DNA of 63,991 nt, counting the filler. It is 9 parts of 9 records of this genome, joined end to end, with 100 filler letters (N's around TTAATTAATTAA, not from the genome) between each part and the next. Parts side by side here need not be neighbours in the genome. Positions count along the whole stretch, not along the records: positions 26,557 to 31,808 come from SRR31156797_83659; positions 31,909 to 39,860 come from SRR31156797_83701; 7 more parts are not named here. One strand, given 5' to 3'. The position numbers and the translations under genes were made by a program. How positions within the stretch are numbered: position 1 is the first letter of the stretch; each line of letters begins with the position of its first letter. Positions 28,882 through 38,925 of this stretch are shown one piece after another. The notes beneath the pieces were generated by a model. That model saw only the letters and a program-made list of their open reading frames with translations. It searched no databases and was not told the origin of the DNA.

Positions 28882-30069
28882 GTGGACAACAAAAAAGTAA
28901 ATCAAATCATCGATGCCAAGGCGGAAAGCCTGGCCGGGCAATTGATCGATATCCGGCGAACCATCCACCGGAATCCCGAGCTTGGCTTCGAGGAAAAACA
29001 GACGGCGGCGCTGATTTCGCGGGAACTGACCCGGATCGACATCCCGCACCGCAACGGCGTCGGCAAAACCGGCGTCGTCGGCTTGATCGAAGGCGGCCGC
29101 GACGGCAGGACGCTTCTGATTCGCGCCGACATGGATTGCCTGCCGATCGAGGAAAAGACCGGCTTGCCCTTTGCCTCGCAGAATCCGGGACGCATGCATG
29201 CCTGCGGTCACGATGTCCATACGACCATTCTTCTGGGTGTCGCCGAAGTCCTGAACGGCCTTCGCGACCAGTTGGCCGGCCGCATCAAGCTGGTGTTCCA
29301 GCCGAACGAGGAAGGTTTAACCGGGGCGCAGACGATGATCGCGGACGGGATTTTCGAGGACCCGCCGGTCGACATGTGCCTGGGTTACCACAACTGGCCG
29401 CCGTTGGCGGCCGGCGTGATCGGCTATCATCCCGACGTCTGCTTTTCGTCTTCCGACGCCTTCGATCTGGTGTTGAAGGGCCGATCCGGCCATGCGGCGC
29501 ACCCGCATCTGGCGGTCGATACGATCACCGCCGCGGCCTATTTCGTGACGCAGCTTCAAACCGTGGTCAGCCGCGAAATTTCGCCGCTGCATCCCAGCGT
29601 GGTCAGCATCGGCAAGATCGAGGGCGGGACGGCGCGCAACGTGTTGCCCGATTCGGTCCGGCTGGAAGCGACGGTCAGAACCCACAACGCCGAGACCAAG
29701 GAAAAAATCGAAATGGCCATCCGGCGCATTCTGGATGGCCTGAAAACGGGAATGCGGATCGACTACGATCTGGATTACCAGCCCGGCGTTCCGGTGTTGC
29801 GCAACGACAAGGATGTCCTGAAACGCGTCCTTGCGTCGGTTCGCTCCATCCTTGGCGATGACAAGGTGGTGGAGCTTCCGGAAGGGTCCATGGGCAGCGA
29901 GGATTTCGCCTTTTTCACCGAGCGTTTTCCCAGTACCCACTTGCGGATCGGCGGCAAGATTGACGGACTCGATACCGCCCTTCACCGCAACAATTTCGAT
30001 TGCAACGAGCAGGCGATACCGACCGGTGTGCGGGCGGTCAGCAGGGCGGCGGTGGATTTGCTGTCGTAG
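28882..30069 (+). CDS. M20D amidohydrolase (HipO/aminoacylase-like)
   Basis: Motifs RR.IH.NPELGFEE, RADMD.LP, MHACGHD.H, FQP.EE and GSEDF. Start uncertain (28828 or 28882). Confidence 0.9.
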   Translation: MDNKKVNQIIDAKAESLAGQLIDIRRTIHRNPELGFEEKQTAALISRELTRIDIPHRNGVGKTGVVGLIEGGRDGRTLLIRADMDCLPIEEKTGLPFASQNPGRMHACGHDVHTTILLGVAEVLNGLRDQLAGRIKLVFQPNEEGLTGAQTMIADGIFEDPPVDMCLGYHNWPPLAAGVIGYHPDVCFSSSDAFDLVLKGRSGHAAHPHLAVDTITAAAYFVTQLQTVVSREISPLHPSVVSIGKIEGGTARNVLPDSVRLEATVRTHNAETKEKIEMAIRRILDGLKTGMRIDYDLDYQPGVPVLRNDKDVLKRVLASVRSILGDDKVVELPEGSMGSEDFAFFTERFPSTHLRIGGKIDGLDTALHRNNFDCNEQAIPTGVRAVSRAAVDLLS

Positions 30070-30115
30070 ATTGAGGAACGGCCGACGTCGGTATTGAAAT
30101 AGAGGGTTGGGTGTC

Positions 30116-30631
30116 ATGGATAAAGACACGATCGGGTCGAAGCGCTGGCTGGATTTTGCCTATCCTCTGCGATTTCTCGTCGGCGCCGCTTTCATCGTCA
30201 TCGTTGTCCTGACGGTCACCCAGGTTTTTTTTCGCTCGGTCCTCGATAGCCCCCTGATCTGGTCGGAGGAACTGGTCCGCCTGCTTCTGGTCTGGGTCGT
30301 CTTTATCGGCGGAGCCGTCGTCTGCTGGGACGGCCGGCACCTCAATGTCGATGTCGCTTTCGTCCGCCTGCCGCCTTCGGTCAAACGGATCGTCAGGTGG
30401 ATCAACCTGGTCATTGCCGTCGGCTTCCTGTCCGTTTTCGGATGGACGTCGTGGAAAATCGTCATGCTGGCCCGGTTCTCGGAAATCGGCTCGATCACCC
30501 TTTCCATGTCCTGGGTGCGGGCGCCGGCCACCATCGGCGCCGCCCTCATGGTCGTTCTGTTGCTCTTGCGCGTTTTCTACCGCCGGCCGCGCGAAATCGA
30601 TGCGGCGAACAAAGAGGCCGATCCGTTCTAG
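30116..30631 (+). CDS. dctQ: TRAP transporter small permease
   Basis: QV.FR......WSEEL.R...VW..F.G and HL.VD motifs; 4 TM helices. Confidence 0.88.
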   Translation: MDKDTIGSKRWLDFAYPLRFLVGAAFIVIVVLTVTQVFFRSVLDSPLIWSEELVRLLLVWVVFIGGAVVCWDGRHLNVDVAFVRLPPSVKRIVRWINLVIAVGFLSVFGWTSWKIVMLARFSEIGSITLSMSWVRAPATIGAALMVVLLLLRVFYRRPREIDAANKEADPF

Positions 30632-30663
30632 GCCGGATCACCTAAAACTAGGAAAGCCGCCAT

Positions 30664-31808
30664 ATGCTTATCGGTACCGTCCTGTTGCTGCTGATCGTCC
30701 TGCTGATCGCGGGGCTGCCCCTGTTTTTCGCGATGGGCGCGGCATCGGCTTTCTATATGTTCATGAGCGACATTCCGATCGCGCTGATGGGCCAGCGGAT
30801 GACGGCCTCGGTCAACGGCTTCATCATCCTCGCCATTCCGTTTTTCTATCTGGCCGGCGAACTGATGAACCTGTGCCGGCTGACCGACAAGATCATCGCC
30901 ATGTCGCGCGCCCTGGTCGGCCACATCCACGGCGGTTTGGCCCAGGTCAATATCTTCGCCTCGATGATCTTCGCCGGCATGTCCGGATCGGCGACCGCCG
31001 ATACCGCGGCGCTTGGATCGGTGCTGATTCCGGGCATGAAAAAGGAAGGCTATCCGGCCGATTTCGCCGCCGCCGTAACGGTGGCTTCGGCGATGGTCGG
31101 GCCGATCATCCCGCCGTCGATCGGCATGATCATTTACGGCGCCCTGGCCGACGTGTCGATCGGGCGGCTGCTGTTGGCCGGCATCGTGCCCGGCGTCACC
31201 ATCATCATCGTCGAGATGATCTTCACCTATTTCCTGGCCAAGAAGCGGGGCTATCCCCGTTATCCGCGGGCGAAGCTGCCGGAAGTGGCGAAGGCGACCT
31301 GGCAGGGCCTGCCTGCCGTGATGTTCCCGGTGATCATCGTCAGCGGCATCATGTCGGGCATTTTCACGCCGACCGAGGCCGCCTCGGTCGCCGTGCTTTA
31401 CGGCCTCGGACTGGGGGTGCTGTTCTACCGCAACGTCAGCCGGGCCGAGTTGTGGGCGACGGTGCTGCGGGTGTCGTGGGGGTCGACCCGGGTTCTGATC
31501 ATCGTCGCCGCGGCGTCGGCGCTGTCGTGGATCATGATCCGCGAGAACGTGCCGACGACGATCGCCGCCGGGCTTGCCACCGTTTCGACGGAGCCGCTCG
31601 TCATCCTGGCGGTGATGTGCGTGTTCCTGCTGCTGGTCGGCCTTTTCATGGTCGCTTCGTCGGCCGAGGTGGTGCTGGCGCCGATTTTGGTTCCGGTGGT
31701 TACCAGTTTCGGCATCGATCCGGTCCATTTCGGGGTTCTGATGGTGTTCAGCCTGATCATCGGCGGCGGCACGCCGCCGGTAGGCGTGCTGCTGTTCATC
31801 GCCCAGGA
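30664..31808 (+). CDS. dctM: TRAP transporter large permease, 3'-truncated
   Basis: Motifs LAIPFF.LAG.LM, GGLAQV, SGSATAD, IIPPSI, FTPTEA and TPPVG. Confidence 0.92.
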
Positions 31809-31908
31809 NNNNNNNNNNNNNNNNNNNNNNNNNNNNNNNNNNNNNNNNNNNNTTAATTAATTAANNNNNNNNNNNNNNNNNNNNNNNNNNNNNNNNNNNN
31901 NNNNNNNN
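31809..31908. other. Artificial contig linker
   Basis: N44-TTAATTAATTAA-N44. Confidence 0.98.
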
Positions 31909-32260
31909 GTCCTTCCCGGAAATCAAGCGATGTATTGCGAAAAAGCGACCGGAAGCATAGCACTTCCAGGGCCATTCTCACAATAACCCCCCAGGTTGTC
32001 GTCGGGTTGTCTATGCAGTTTGTTTTAACCCAGGGCAATGACTTTTCCTGCCCGCAGGTAGTGGGTATCCTGAACGGCACAGGGGCTTTACCCCATTTTA
32101 CGATCCGATAAATCAGGCCCCCGAAAAATAATACGACCGCCGCGTATGGTACTACCACCCCGAACAAATAGTTCAGGTTTGCGGCGCCGACCCCGACCCA
32201 GGGAATGATCAGGAGCAGGACGGCCGCAGCCAAAGCAAAAAGAAAGCCCGCAAAGCCCAT
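31909..32260 (-). CDS. dsrM: DsrM membrane cytochrome b of the DsrMKJOP complex, N-terminal fragment
   Basis: Motifs W.K.PVPFRIPTTCGQ.KSLPW and RM.LEVL.FRSLFRN; directly downstream of a dsrT-like gene. Confidence 0.85.
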
Positions 32261-32266
32261 AAAGCG

Positions 32267-32863
32267 TTACCTCTCTTCAGATTGATCCTTATTACCGCTG
32301 TCGCGCAGATCGGGAAGCTCCGTTCCGTCTTCCTCGGTCTCGCATATAATATTTGCTTTTCTCAGAAGCATGTAATTCTTTCTCTGTTCATCCTTGACTT
32401 TTATTTCAAAAAGCCTTTCCCGGCACGTCGTATAAATATCAAAGCCCAAAAACAGCATCTCTTCCATGGCCAGTTCAAGGGCTGTTACGTCTTCGCCGGA
32501 CAATCCCTTGGCCTTGGCCAGGCGAGATCTGAAGATATTTCTCAGTTCGATAATGAAATACAGGGAATCGGAAGGGCTGAAGTTCTGCAGCGCCCTGATT
32601 CTGATTATACGGTCCAGAAAAGGACCCAGCTTTTCCCTGTTCAAAACCATACGGCCGGACTCGATTGAGCGAGCGCCGTCGACCAGGCATTTCAAAACGC
32701 CTTCCATACCCTGCCTGACGCTGCTGCCGACCGGATTGGCCATGGCGTCCTTTTGACGTCGCAGAAATTGGGTAGTGTCGGGCGGATAGGTTTCAATCAG
32801 CCTTTTAAACCATTCTTTTTCGATGGTCGTAAAATTTTCTAATATATAAGTTTCCAGATCCAT
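32267..32863 (-). CDS. dsrT: DsrT (RsbRD N-terminal domain protein)
   Basis: Motifs W....IETYP, KD..ANPVG, IIRIRA.Q.FSPS and FDIY..CRERLFEIK; adjacent to dsrM. ATG 32863 preferred over 32935. Confidence 0.82.
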   Translation of the reverse strand: MDLETYILENFTTIEKEWFKRLIETYPPDTTQFLRRQKDAMANPVGSSVRQGMEGVLKCLVDGARSIESGRMVLNREKLGPFLDRIIRIRALQNFSPSDSLYFIIELRNIFRSRLAKAKGLSGEDVTALELAMEEMLFLGFDIYTTCRERLFEIKVKDEQRKNYMLLRKANIICETEEDGTELPDLRDSGNKDQSEER

Positions 32864-32900
32864 GACCCAGGCCGGTTGCCGATTTAATCGACAATAAGAT

Positions 32901-32918
32901 TTGTTATTTTTTTCACAG
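32901..32918. promoter_or_regulatory. Rex-like operator upstream of dsrT-dsrM
   Basis: TTGTTATTTTTTTCACAG matches 15/18 of TTGTGAAWWWWTTCACAA. Confidence 0.6.
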
Positions 32919-32950
32919 TACGGCGCGTCCGCCATAAAGGACTGAGGCGC

Positions 32951-32980
32951 TCTATATCATATAGGGAGCGTTGACGTCAA
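32951..32980 (-). promoter_or_regulatory. Putative sigma70 promoter of dsrT-dsrM
   Basis: Minus strand TTGACG, 18 bp, TATAGA, preceded by an extended -10 TG. Confidence 0.45.
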
Positions 32981-33167
32981 GAATTTTGACCAGTTGCACT
33001 CTTTACAAGCTGTCCGGGGCGGCCTTGAACCCGGGAGAAAAAAACTTTCCAGTCCCTTTGACAAGACCAATGCATCCCGGCCTGTCGTTTGTGGAAAATA
33101 CAACCGAATAAGCGGCTTGTACTGGTTTTCGCCGGCGCCGGGCAGTCGGCCGAAAGATTATTCATGG

Positions 33168-33216
33168 AAAATCCGGTTTGTTTTTACCTTTAAACCAGGT
33201 AAGCAAACCGGATTTT
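33168..33216. terminator. Long hairpin downstream of the RND operon (probable terminator)
   Basis: AAAATCCGGTTTG/CAAACCGGATTTT outer stem with inner TTACCT/AGGTAA stem. Confidence 0.6.
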
Positions 33217-33328
33217 ATATTGGCCCGATCATAATGTCCGGGCGTTTGTTCAAAATGGCACTTGCCCGGACGGAAGACCTATTGTCTTAATCATAACCCG
33301 GCGTCCGGCCGGCAATATGCTGTTATAA

Positions 33329-36300
33329 TTAGGCCTTTCTCTGTTTGTAATCCGCCGTCAGCTTGTAGGTCAACGAACAGAGCACGGGCACGACGATCAG
33401 GGTCAGCATGGTGGCAACGGCCAACCCTGAAATGACGGCTATGGCCATGCCGCTCCACCATTGAGACGATTCTCCGCTTAAATCAAAGGCCAGGGCCCTG
33501 AAGTCAAAGCTTATCCCGACAGCCATGGGCATAAGCCCCAAGATGGTGGTTATGGCGGTCAGGAGGACCGGGCGGAAACGAACCAAGCCGGCCTTGACCA
33601 GGGCTTCCGCTGATGAAAGCCCCCTGGCCATGAGCTGTCGGTAATAATCAATCAGGACAATAGCGTTGTTCACGACCACGCCCGCCAGGCTGATAACCCC
33701 GATACCGGTCATTACAACGCCGAAGGGTCGACCTGTTGCGAGAAGCCCCAGAAAGACACCGATAAGGGACAACAACACTGAAGTCAGGACGATGAACGGG
33801 TAAACGAATGAATCGAACTGAGCCAATAAAATTAGTAGAATTATAAAAACCGTGGCTACAAAAGCCTTGCTGAGAAAAACAGCGGCCTTTTCCTGTTCTT
33901 CCTGTTCGCCCGTGAACACGTATTCATATCCGACAGGCCACTGAATATCTGCCAGGACGGCCTGTATGTCCAAAATAATATCGTTGGCCAGGCGGCCGGA
34001 AGCCCCGCCGCTTATGGTCACGACCCTTTTCTGATTTTTACGGGTAATGGTGCCGACGGAGCTGGCTACGTCTATATTGGCCAGACTGGTTATGGGAACG
34101 GGTTCGCCATTGGGGCCGGATATGGTCAGTCGCTTGAGGCTTTCGATCGATTTTCTGTCCTTTTGAGGCAGTTTGGCCAAAATGTCATATTCATCCTTGC
34201 CCTCCCTGTACACTCCGGCCTTGGCGCCGTTTATTGCGGCCTTGACCGTATTGGCGATTGTAAAAGTGTCCAGCCCCAGGAGCGCGGCTCTTTCCTTGTC
34301 CACATTAACCTGTATCTCGGGCTTGCCCCGGACGAGGTTGTCCTTCAGGTCGACCAAACCTGGTATCTCCACTATTTTACTGCGGATTTCCGTTGCCAGG
34401 CGACCGAGCACATCAAGGTCCTTACCGGATATTTCAAGGTTTACAGCTGCTCCGGTGGGAGGGCCTTCCTCCTGTTTTTCCACCTGGATTTCAGCGCCCC
34501 TGACATTGGCCAGTATCTTTTCCCTGAGTTCGTCAATAATGCTCAGGGATGAACGGGACCTTTCCTTGAAGTCCTTGAAATCCAGTGTAACCTGGCTGAT
34601 ATGCGTACCTGTTCCTCCGGAAGAAAAGGGATCTCCGCCTTCGGAGCCGATATTTGAAATCACGTAATCAATGTCTTCGTAACCGGTTACGATTTTTTCG
34701 ACCTGTTGGACCAGTTTGTCGGACGCGTCCAGGTTGGTCCCTTCCGCGGCCTTGATTTTAACATCTCCATAGTTAGGGTCGCTTTCTGGGAAGAATTCCG
34801 TCCCGGCGCCGAAAAGGCCGAAAGAAACAATGGCGCCGATAAGCATACACATGGCGATAAAAATGATTATAAGTCTATGCCTGAGCGACCACCTGAGCAT
34901 ATGCAGATATATGCGCTTAAGCAAACCCAGCTTCTTGACGTCGATCTCGCTTGAGTTTTCGTCGTCAAAATCAAAGGTGGAGCCCTTGACCGTCTGGTAC
35001 CGGGCCGAAAGAACCGGGTTTATCACCAGGGCCACGAATAGCGACGAACTCAGGGCCATGATCAGGGTTTGGGGCAAATACCCCATGAATTCACCCATGA
35101 TCCCGGGCCAGAAAAGCATGGGCGTGAACGCCCCGAGCGTGGTTAAAGTGGAAGTTATAACCGGCCAGGCCACTTCATCGGTTCCGACTCGGGCCGCTTC
35201 CAGCTTTCCTTTACCCTGCTGCATGTGACGGTAAATGTTTTCGACAATAACAATGCCGTTATCCACGAGCATTCCCAAAGCCAGGATAAGTGAGAACAGA
35301 ACGATCATGTTCAGGGTAATATCCAACCCTGTCAGCAGGATGAAGCTCAGGAACATGGAGTATGGAATGGCCAGGGCCACGAAAATGGCTGAGCGGCCGC
35401 CGATAAAAAGCAGTATGACGACAAGAACCAGAACCAGGCCGGTGAGGATGTTGTTTTCCAGGTCGGCGACCATTTTGCGAACGTCACTGGACTGGTCGGA
35501 AGTAATGTCGATTTTCAGGTTTGTCGGAAGAAGCGGCTTCATTTCTTCCATGGCTATTTTGACATCGTCGCAGATGCGGACAATGTTTTCGCCGCTGCGC
35601 TTTATAACGCCGAGAGTGACGCTGGGCTGCCTGTTTATGCGACTGCGGGTGGTGGGTTCCTTGAAGCTGTCCCGAATGTAAGCGACATCCCGCAGGTACA
35701 CCGGCTTACCTTCTCGGACAAAGGCGACAATATTAAATATTTCAGAAGGATGCTTAAAATCCTCGGGCACTCGGACCAGGTATTTGGCCCGGCCGATGTC
35801 CATGCTCCCGCTGGGCATGTTGACATTGCTCTGGGTGACTGAACCGACAAGTTTGGAAAAGGGCATATTATAGGCGGCCACGCGGTCGAGGTCGAATTCC
35901 ACGTGGATTTCCCTTTCCAGACCGCCGGATATTCTTGCTTCCAAAACGCCTTTGATGGATTCAAGCCTGTCCTGTATGTCGTCGGCAAAGGTCTTCAGGC
36001 GACGCAGGCTGTAAGGCCCGGAAACGACTACCCTGATAATAGGTATATCGTTGAAATTCACTTCCTTTACATACGGATCATTGGGCAGGTCGTCGGGCAG
36101 ATCCTGCTTGGCCTCGTCGACCTTGTCCTTGACCTTGCGCAAGGCGTCGTCTATATCCACGGACGGTAGAAATTTGACCGCCACCGTGGAAAGGCCTTCG
36201 GCGGAAACCGATGTCATTTCCTCGGTGTCATCCAGTCCCTTGAGCTTGCGTTCCAGGGGAATGGTCACCAGTTCTTCCATATCCACCGGGGACACGCCTT

Positions 36301-36454
36301 CGTAAGTCGTATTTACGAAAACATAGGGAATGGTGATGTCGGGAAAGGATTCCCGGGGGAGAGTCATATAACAGTAGACGCCGACAATAACAATAAGAAC
36401 AAGAAGCGCCAGGACCGCTGCCTGGCGCTTGATGGCCGTTTGATTGACTATCAT
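33329..36454 (-). CDS. RND efflux permease (AcrB/AcrD/AcrF family)
   Basis: 1041 aa; motifs LPRESFPDI, GMLVDNGIVIVENI, GVVVNNAIVL.D and RFRPVLLT. Confidence 0.95.
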   Translation of the reverse strand: MIVNQTAIKRQAAVLALLVLIVIVGVYCYMTLPRESFPDITIPYVFVNTTYEGVSPVDMEELVTIPLERKLKGLDDTEEMTSVSAEGLSTVAVKFLPSVDIDDALRKVKDKVDEAKQDLPDDLPNDPYVKEVNFNDIPIIRVVVSGPYSLRRLKTFADDIQDRLESIKGVLEARISGGLEREIHVEFDLDRVAAYNMPFSKLVGSVTQSNVNMPSGSMDIGRAKYLVRVPEDFKHPSEIFNIVAFVREGKPVYLRDVAYIRDSFKEPTTRSRINRQPSVTLGVIKRSGENIVRICDDVKIAMEEMKPLLPTNLKIDITSDQSSDVRKMVADLENNILTGLVLVLVVILLFIGGRSAIFVALAIPYSMFLSFILLTGLDITLNMIVLFSLILALGMLVDNGIVIVENIYRHMQQGKGKLEAARVGTDEVAWPVITSTLTTLGAFTPMLFWPGIMGEFMGYLPQTLIMALSSSLFVALVINPVLSARYQTVKGSTFDFDDENSSEIDVKKLGLLKRIYLHMLRWSLRHRLIIIFIAMCMLIGAIVSFGLFGAGTEFFPESDPNYGDVKIKAAEGTNLDASDKLVQQVEKIVTGYEDIDYVISNIGSEGGDPFSSGGTGTHISQVTLDFKDFKERSRSSLSIIDELREKILANVRGAEIQVEKQEEGPPTGAAVNLEISGKDLDVLGRLATEIRSKIVEIPGLVDLKDNLVRGKPEIQVNVDKERAALLGLDTFTIANTVKAAINGAKAGVYREGKDEYDILAKLPQKDRKSIESLKRLTISGPNGEPVPITSLANIDVASSVGTITRKNQKRVVTISGGASGRLANDIILDIQAVLADIQWPVGYEYVFTGEQEEQEKAAVFLSKAFVATVFIILLILLAQFDSFVYPFIVLTSVLLSLIGVFLGLLATGRPFGVVMTGIGVISLAGVVVNNAIVLIDYYRQLMARGLSSAEALVKAGLVRFRPVLLTAITTILGLMPMAVGISFDFRALAFDLSGESSQWWSGMAIAVISGLAVATMLTLIVVPVLCSLTYKLTADYKQRKA

Positions 36455-37503
36455 TGGACCTGGACCTTCACGCCTTCTTCGACATCGTTCTGCCCGGTGA
36501 CGATGATTCTGTCGCCGATTTCCAGGCCCTTGGTTATCTGGACGATGTCGCCTTCGATGATGCCGATTTCCACAGTTCGAGAATGGGCGACGCCGTCTTT
36601 TTCCACGAATACTACTCTTTCCCCGCCCTTATCCACCAGGGCGAACAGGGGGGCGACTATGGCGTTGGGAACAACGCGCCGCAGCATGGCCATGCGGACG
36701 ATCATGCCCGGCCGGATGCTTTTATCCTGGTTATCCACCAGAACCCTGACCAGGAATGTTTTGGTCGCGGGGTCGGCTTTCAGGGAAATGTAATCGATTA
36801 CGCCGCTAAAGTCCCTATTGGGAATCGCGTCCACCCTGAACATGGCCGGGCCGCCTTTTTTCAGGTAGTTTACATCCAGTTCCGGCACGTTAACTTCTAT
36901 TTTTATTTTTTCAACATTTACCAGATCGGCAATAGGCCCGCCGCGTCCAACGAATTCGCCCGCGTCCACGTGGAGGTAGTTGACCACTCCGTCGATGGGC
37001 GAACGGACAAAACCCTGTTCGTACTGAACGCGGGACTGGCGCACCGTGCCCTGGGCCACAGTGCGTTGAGTGAGGCTCTGTTCAAGCTCCTCACGGCTGA
37101 TTATCTTTCTGGCAAACAGTTTCTTACGCCTTTGATAAAGGTCGTCGGCCAATTTGTAGTTGGCGGAGGCATTATCCAATTGAGCCTTGAGCATGGATAC
37201 GTCAATTTTGGCCACTAGTTCGTCCTTTTTGACAAAGTCGCCCTCGCGCGGCCCAATCCACTCAACCATGCCGTCCTTGTCCGCGGCCAATCTAACATCC
37301 ATCCAGGGCTTGCTGGCGCCCGGAAGCAGCATCACATCCTTAATGGGAGTGGGCTTCGCTTCAACAACGGTGACATTGACCACCCTCTCACGATGATTGT
37401 TTTCCTTGGCAACGGCTTCTCCCTGAGACTTGTTGCATCCGGCCAGAACGACCGGCAGCATCAAAACCGCAAGTAAGCTCAACCCTTTATATAATCGCTT
37501 CAT
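36451..37503 (-). CDS. RND periplasmic adaptor (MFP) lipoprotein
   Basis: LAGC lipobox, V.SPIDG, IRPGM and GL..GD.IIV.G; overlaps the RND start. Confidence 0.92.
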   Translation of the reverse strand: MKRLYKGLSLLAVLMLPVVLAGCNKSQGEAVAKENNHRERVVNVTVVEAKPTPIKDVMLLPGASKPWMDVRLAADKDGMVEWIGPREGDFVKKDELVAKIDVSMLKAQLDNASANYKLADDLYQRRKKLFARKIISREELEQSLTQRTVAQGTVRQSRVQYEQGFVRSPIDGVVNYLHVDAGEFVGRGGPIADLVNVEKIKIEVNVPELDVNYLKKGGPAMFRVDAIPNRDFSGVIDYISLKADPATKTFLVRVLVDNQDKSIRPGMIVRMAMLRRVVPNAIVAPLFALVDKGGERVVFVEKDGVAHSRTVEIGIIEGDIVQITKGLEIGDRIIVTGQNDVEEGVKVQVQ

Positions 37504-38113
37504 TCTTAATATCCTCTCGTCTCAGCCCTTTCAGCACCACTTGAAGCATATCCATTGAAATCTCATCCATATTCGCATCAACACCGGCCAATTCACATGC
37601 TATGGAGAATACCAGTACCGCCATAATAATCAGTGCAGGCGTATCCGAATCAATATCGCTTAATTCTCCGTTTTGGACGCCGTCAAGATATATGTTCCTG
37701 ATGGTTTCCATGGTTCGGTTATCGAAAAGATCAATCGAAATATCCGGCGTGCTGCTGTTCGGCCCGAACATGGCGGCCAAAACCATTCGAACCAGATCCC
37801 TGCTGCTTCGGGTTCTATCCATTGAACTTTTGAACAAATCATAAAATTTTTCCCTGGCCGTGCCGGCTGCCTGATCGGTTTCGTCCAGGAATTCCTCCAT
37901 ATCGCGCCTGGCTTCGTCAACAAGGCTCCTGTACAAACCATCCTTATTATTGAAATGATAATACAGAACCGGTTTGGTCACCCCGGCTTCCCGGACGATT
38001 TCGCGAACAGGCGTAGCGGCATAACCGTTTTCAGCGAAAAGCCTGGCCGCGGCCTCCATTAACCGCTGCTTGACTTCCGATTCATCTCCGCTGCCGAACA
38101 TTGGATTAATCAT
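37487..38113 (-). CDS. TetR/AcrR family regulator
   Basis: AA.LFAENGY..T.VREI...AGVTKP.LYYHF.NK helix-turn-helix. Confidence 0.93.
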   Translation of the reverse strand: MINPMFGSGDESEVKQRLMEAAARLFAENGYAATPVREIVREAGVTKPVLYYHFNNKDGLYRSLVDEARRDMEEFLDETDQAAGTAREKFYDLFKSSMDRTRSSRDLVRMVLAAMFGPNSSTPDISIDLFDNRTMETIRNIYLDGVQNGELSDIDSDTPALIIMAVLVFSIACELAGVDANMDEISMDMLQVVLKGLRREDIKNEAII

Positions 38114-38292
38114 GCCTGCATCCTTAAGTCAGCGCATTTTACGGGATGGTTAATATCAATTGATAAGTCCCTGTTTGCGCCAAGGGGGATTCGCGATTGC
38201 AAATTACGATCCATTTTCCCTTTAGAGCTTGTTTCCCCTTTAACAAGATCTAGTATGGCCCCGGTTAAACCATATTCTCCAATCCTGGATTC

Positions 38293-38321
38293 AGTATACC
38301 TACCGGTAGGTAACATAGCAA
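38293..38321 (-). promoter_or_regulatory. Sigma70 promoter with perfect TetR-type operator in its spacer
   Basis: Minus strand TTGCTA, 17 bp, TATACT; perfect 16-bp palindrome TACCTACCGGTAGGTA at 38297-38312. Confidence 0.8.
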
Positions 38322-38749
38322 CACACACTTCATCAATTTCAACTACAGGAAGACCGATTCGCCCGCGTTGAAATTAAACACCTGATGTCAATCAACTATT
38401 TACATCAGGCCTTATTTTTATATTTAAAAAGCTCTTCTCAACCGCTTCTAAATTGAAGCAAACTTCATACCACAATTGGACACAGAAATCATCCAACAAA
38501 TCGGCCGCATAATAAAACAATAATTATCATTCAATATCAAGTAATTACATAATCATTCCCTTTTAATAACCAAAAAAATATTGTTTAACGCGACCGAAAT
38601 TGAAATATTTTAAAATGAACAAGATGGTGTGTTATTTGCCCCATAATTCATGGGTGAATTGCCGCAATCACCATAGTCGCCCTTTTATCTCTTTCTTAAA
38701 ATTATTACATATAACTGTTATAACTATATATTTCATTTTTCATCAATTC

Positions 38750-38765
38750 TGGCACACCAAATGCT
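38750..38765 (+). promoter_or_regulatory. Sigma54 (-24/-12) promoter
   Basis: TGGCAC-ACCAA-ATGCT with exact GG-N10-GC spacing. Upstream are TTGCC(C/G)CA repeats and IHF-consensus matches. Confidence 0.7.
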
Positions 38766-38776
38766 TAAGTTACACT

Positions 38777-38925
38777 CAACAAATCCGCGGCCCTTTTTCA
38801 AATTGAAAACTACTTGTCAAATTGAAAAGGCCCGCAAGGGAATGCGGGAGGTGAAACAGAGATTGGCATATGGATAAGGTAGTTACGTCATGTTCTGCTT
38901 TCACGTGCTATCGCCCTTCCTGCAT
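38777..38925 (+). ncRNA. Candidate sigma54-dependent structured RNA (two long hairpins) or structured leader
   Basis: Hairpin 38787-38835 and imperfect hairpin about 38836-38923 start just after the predicted sigma54 TSS. No family recognised. Confidence 0.4.
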
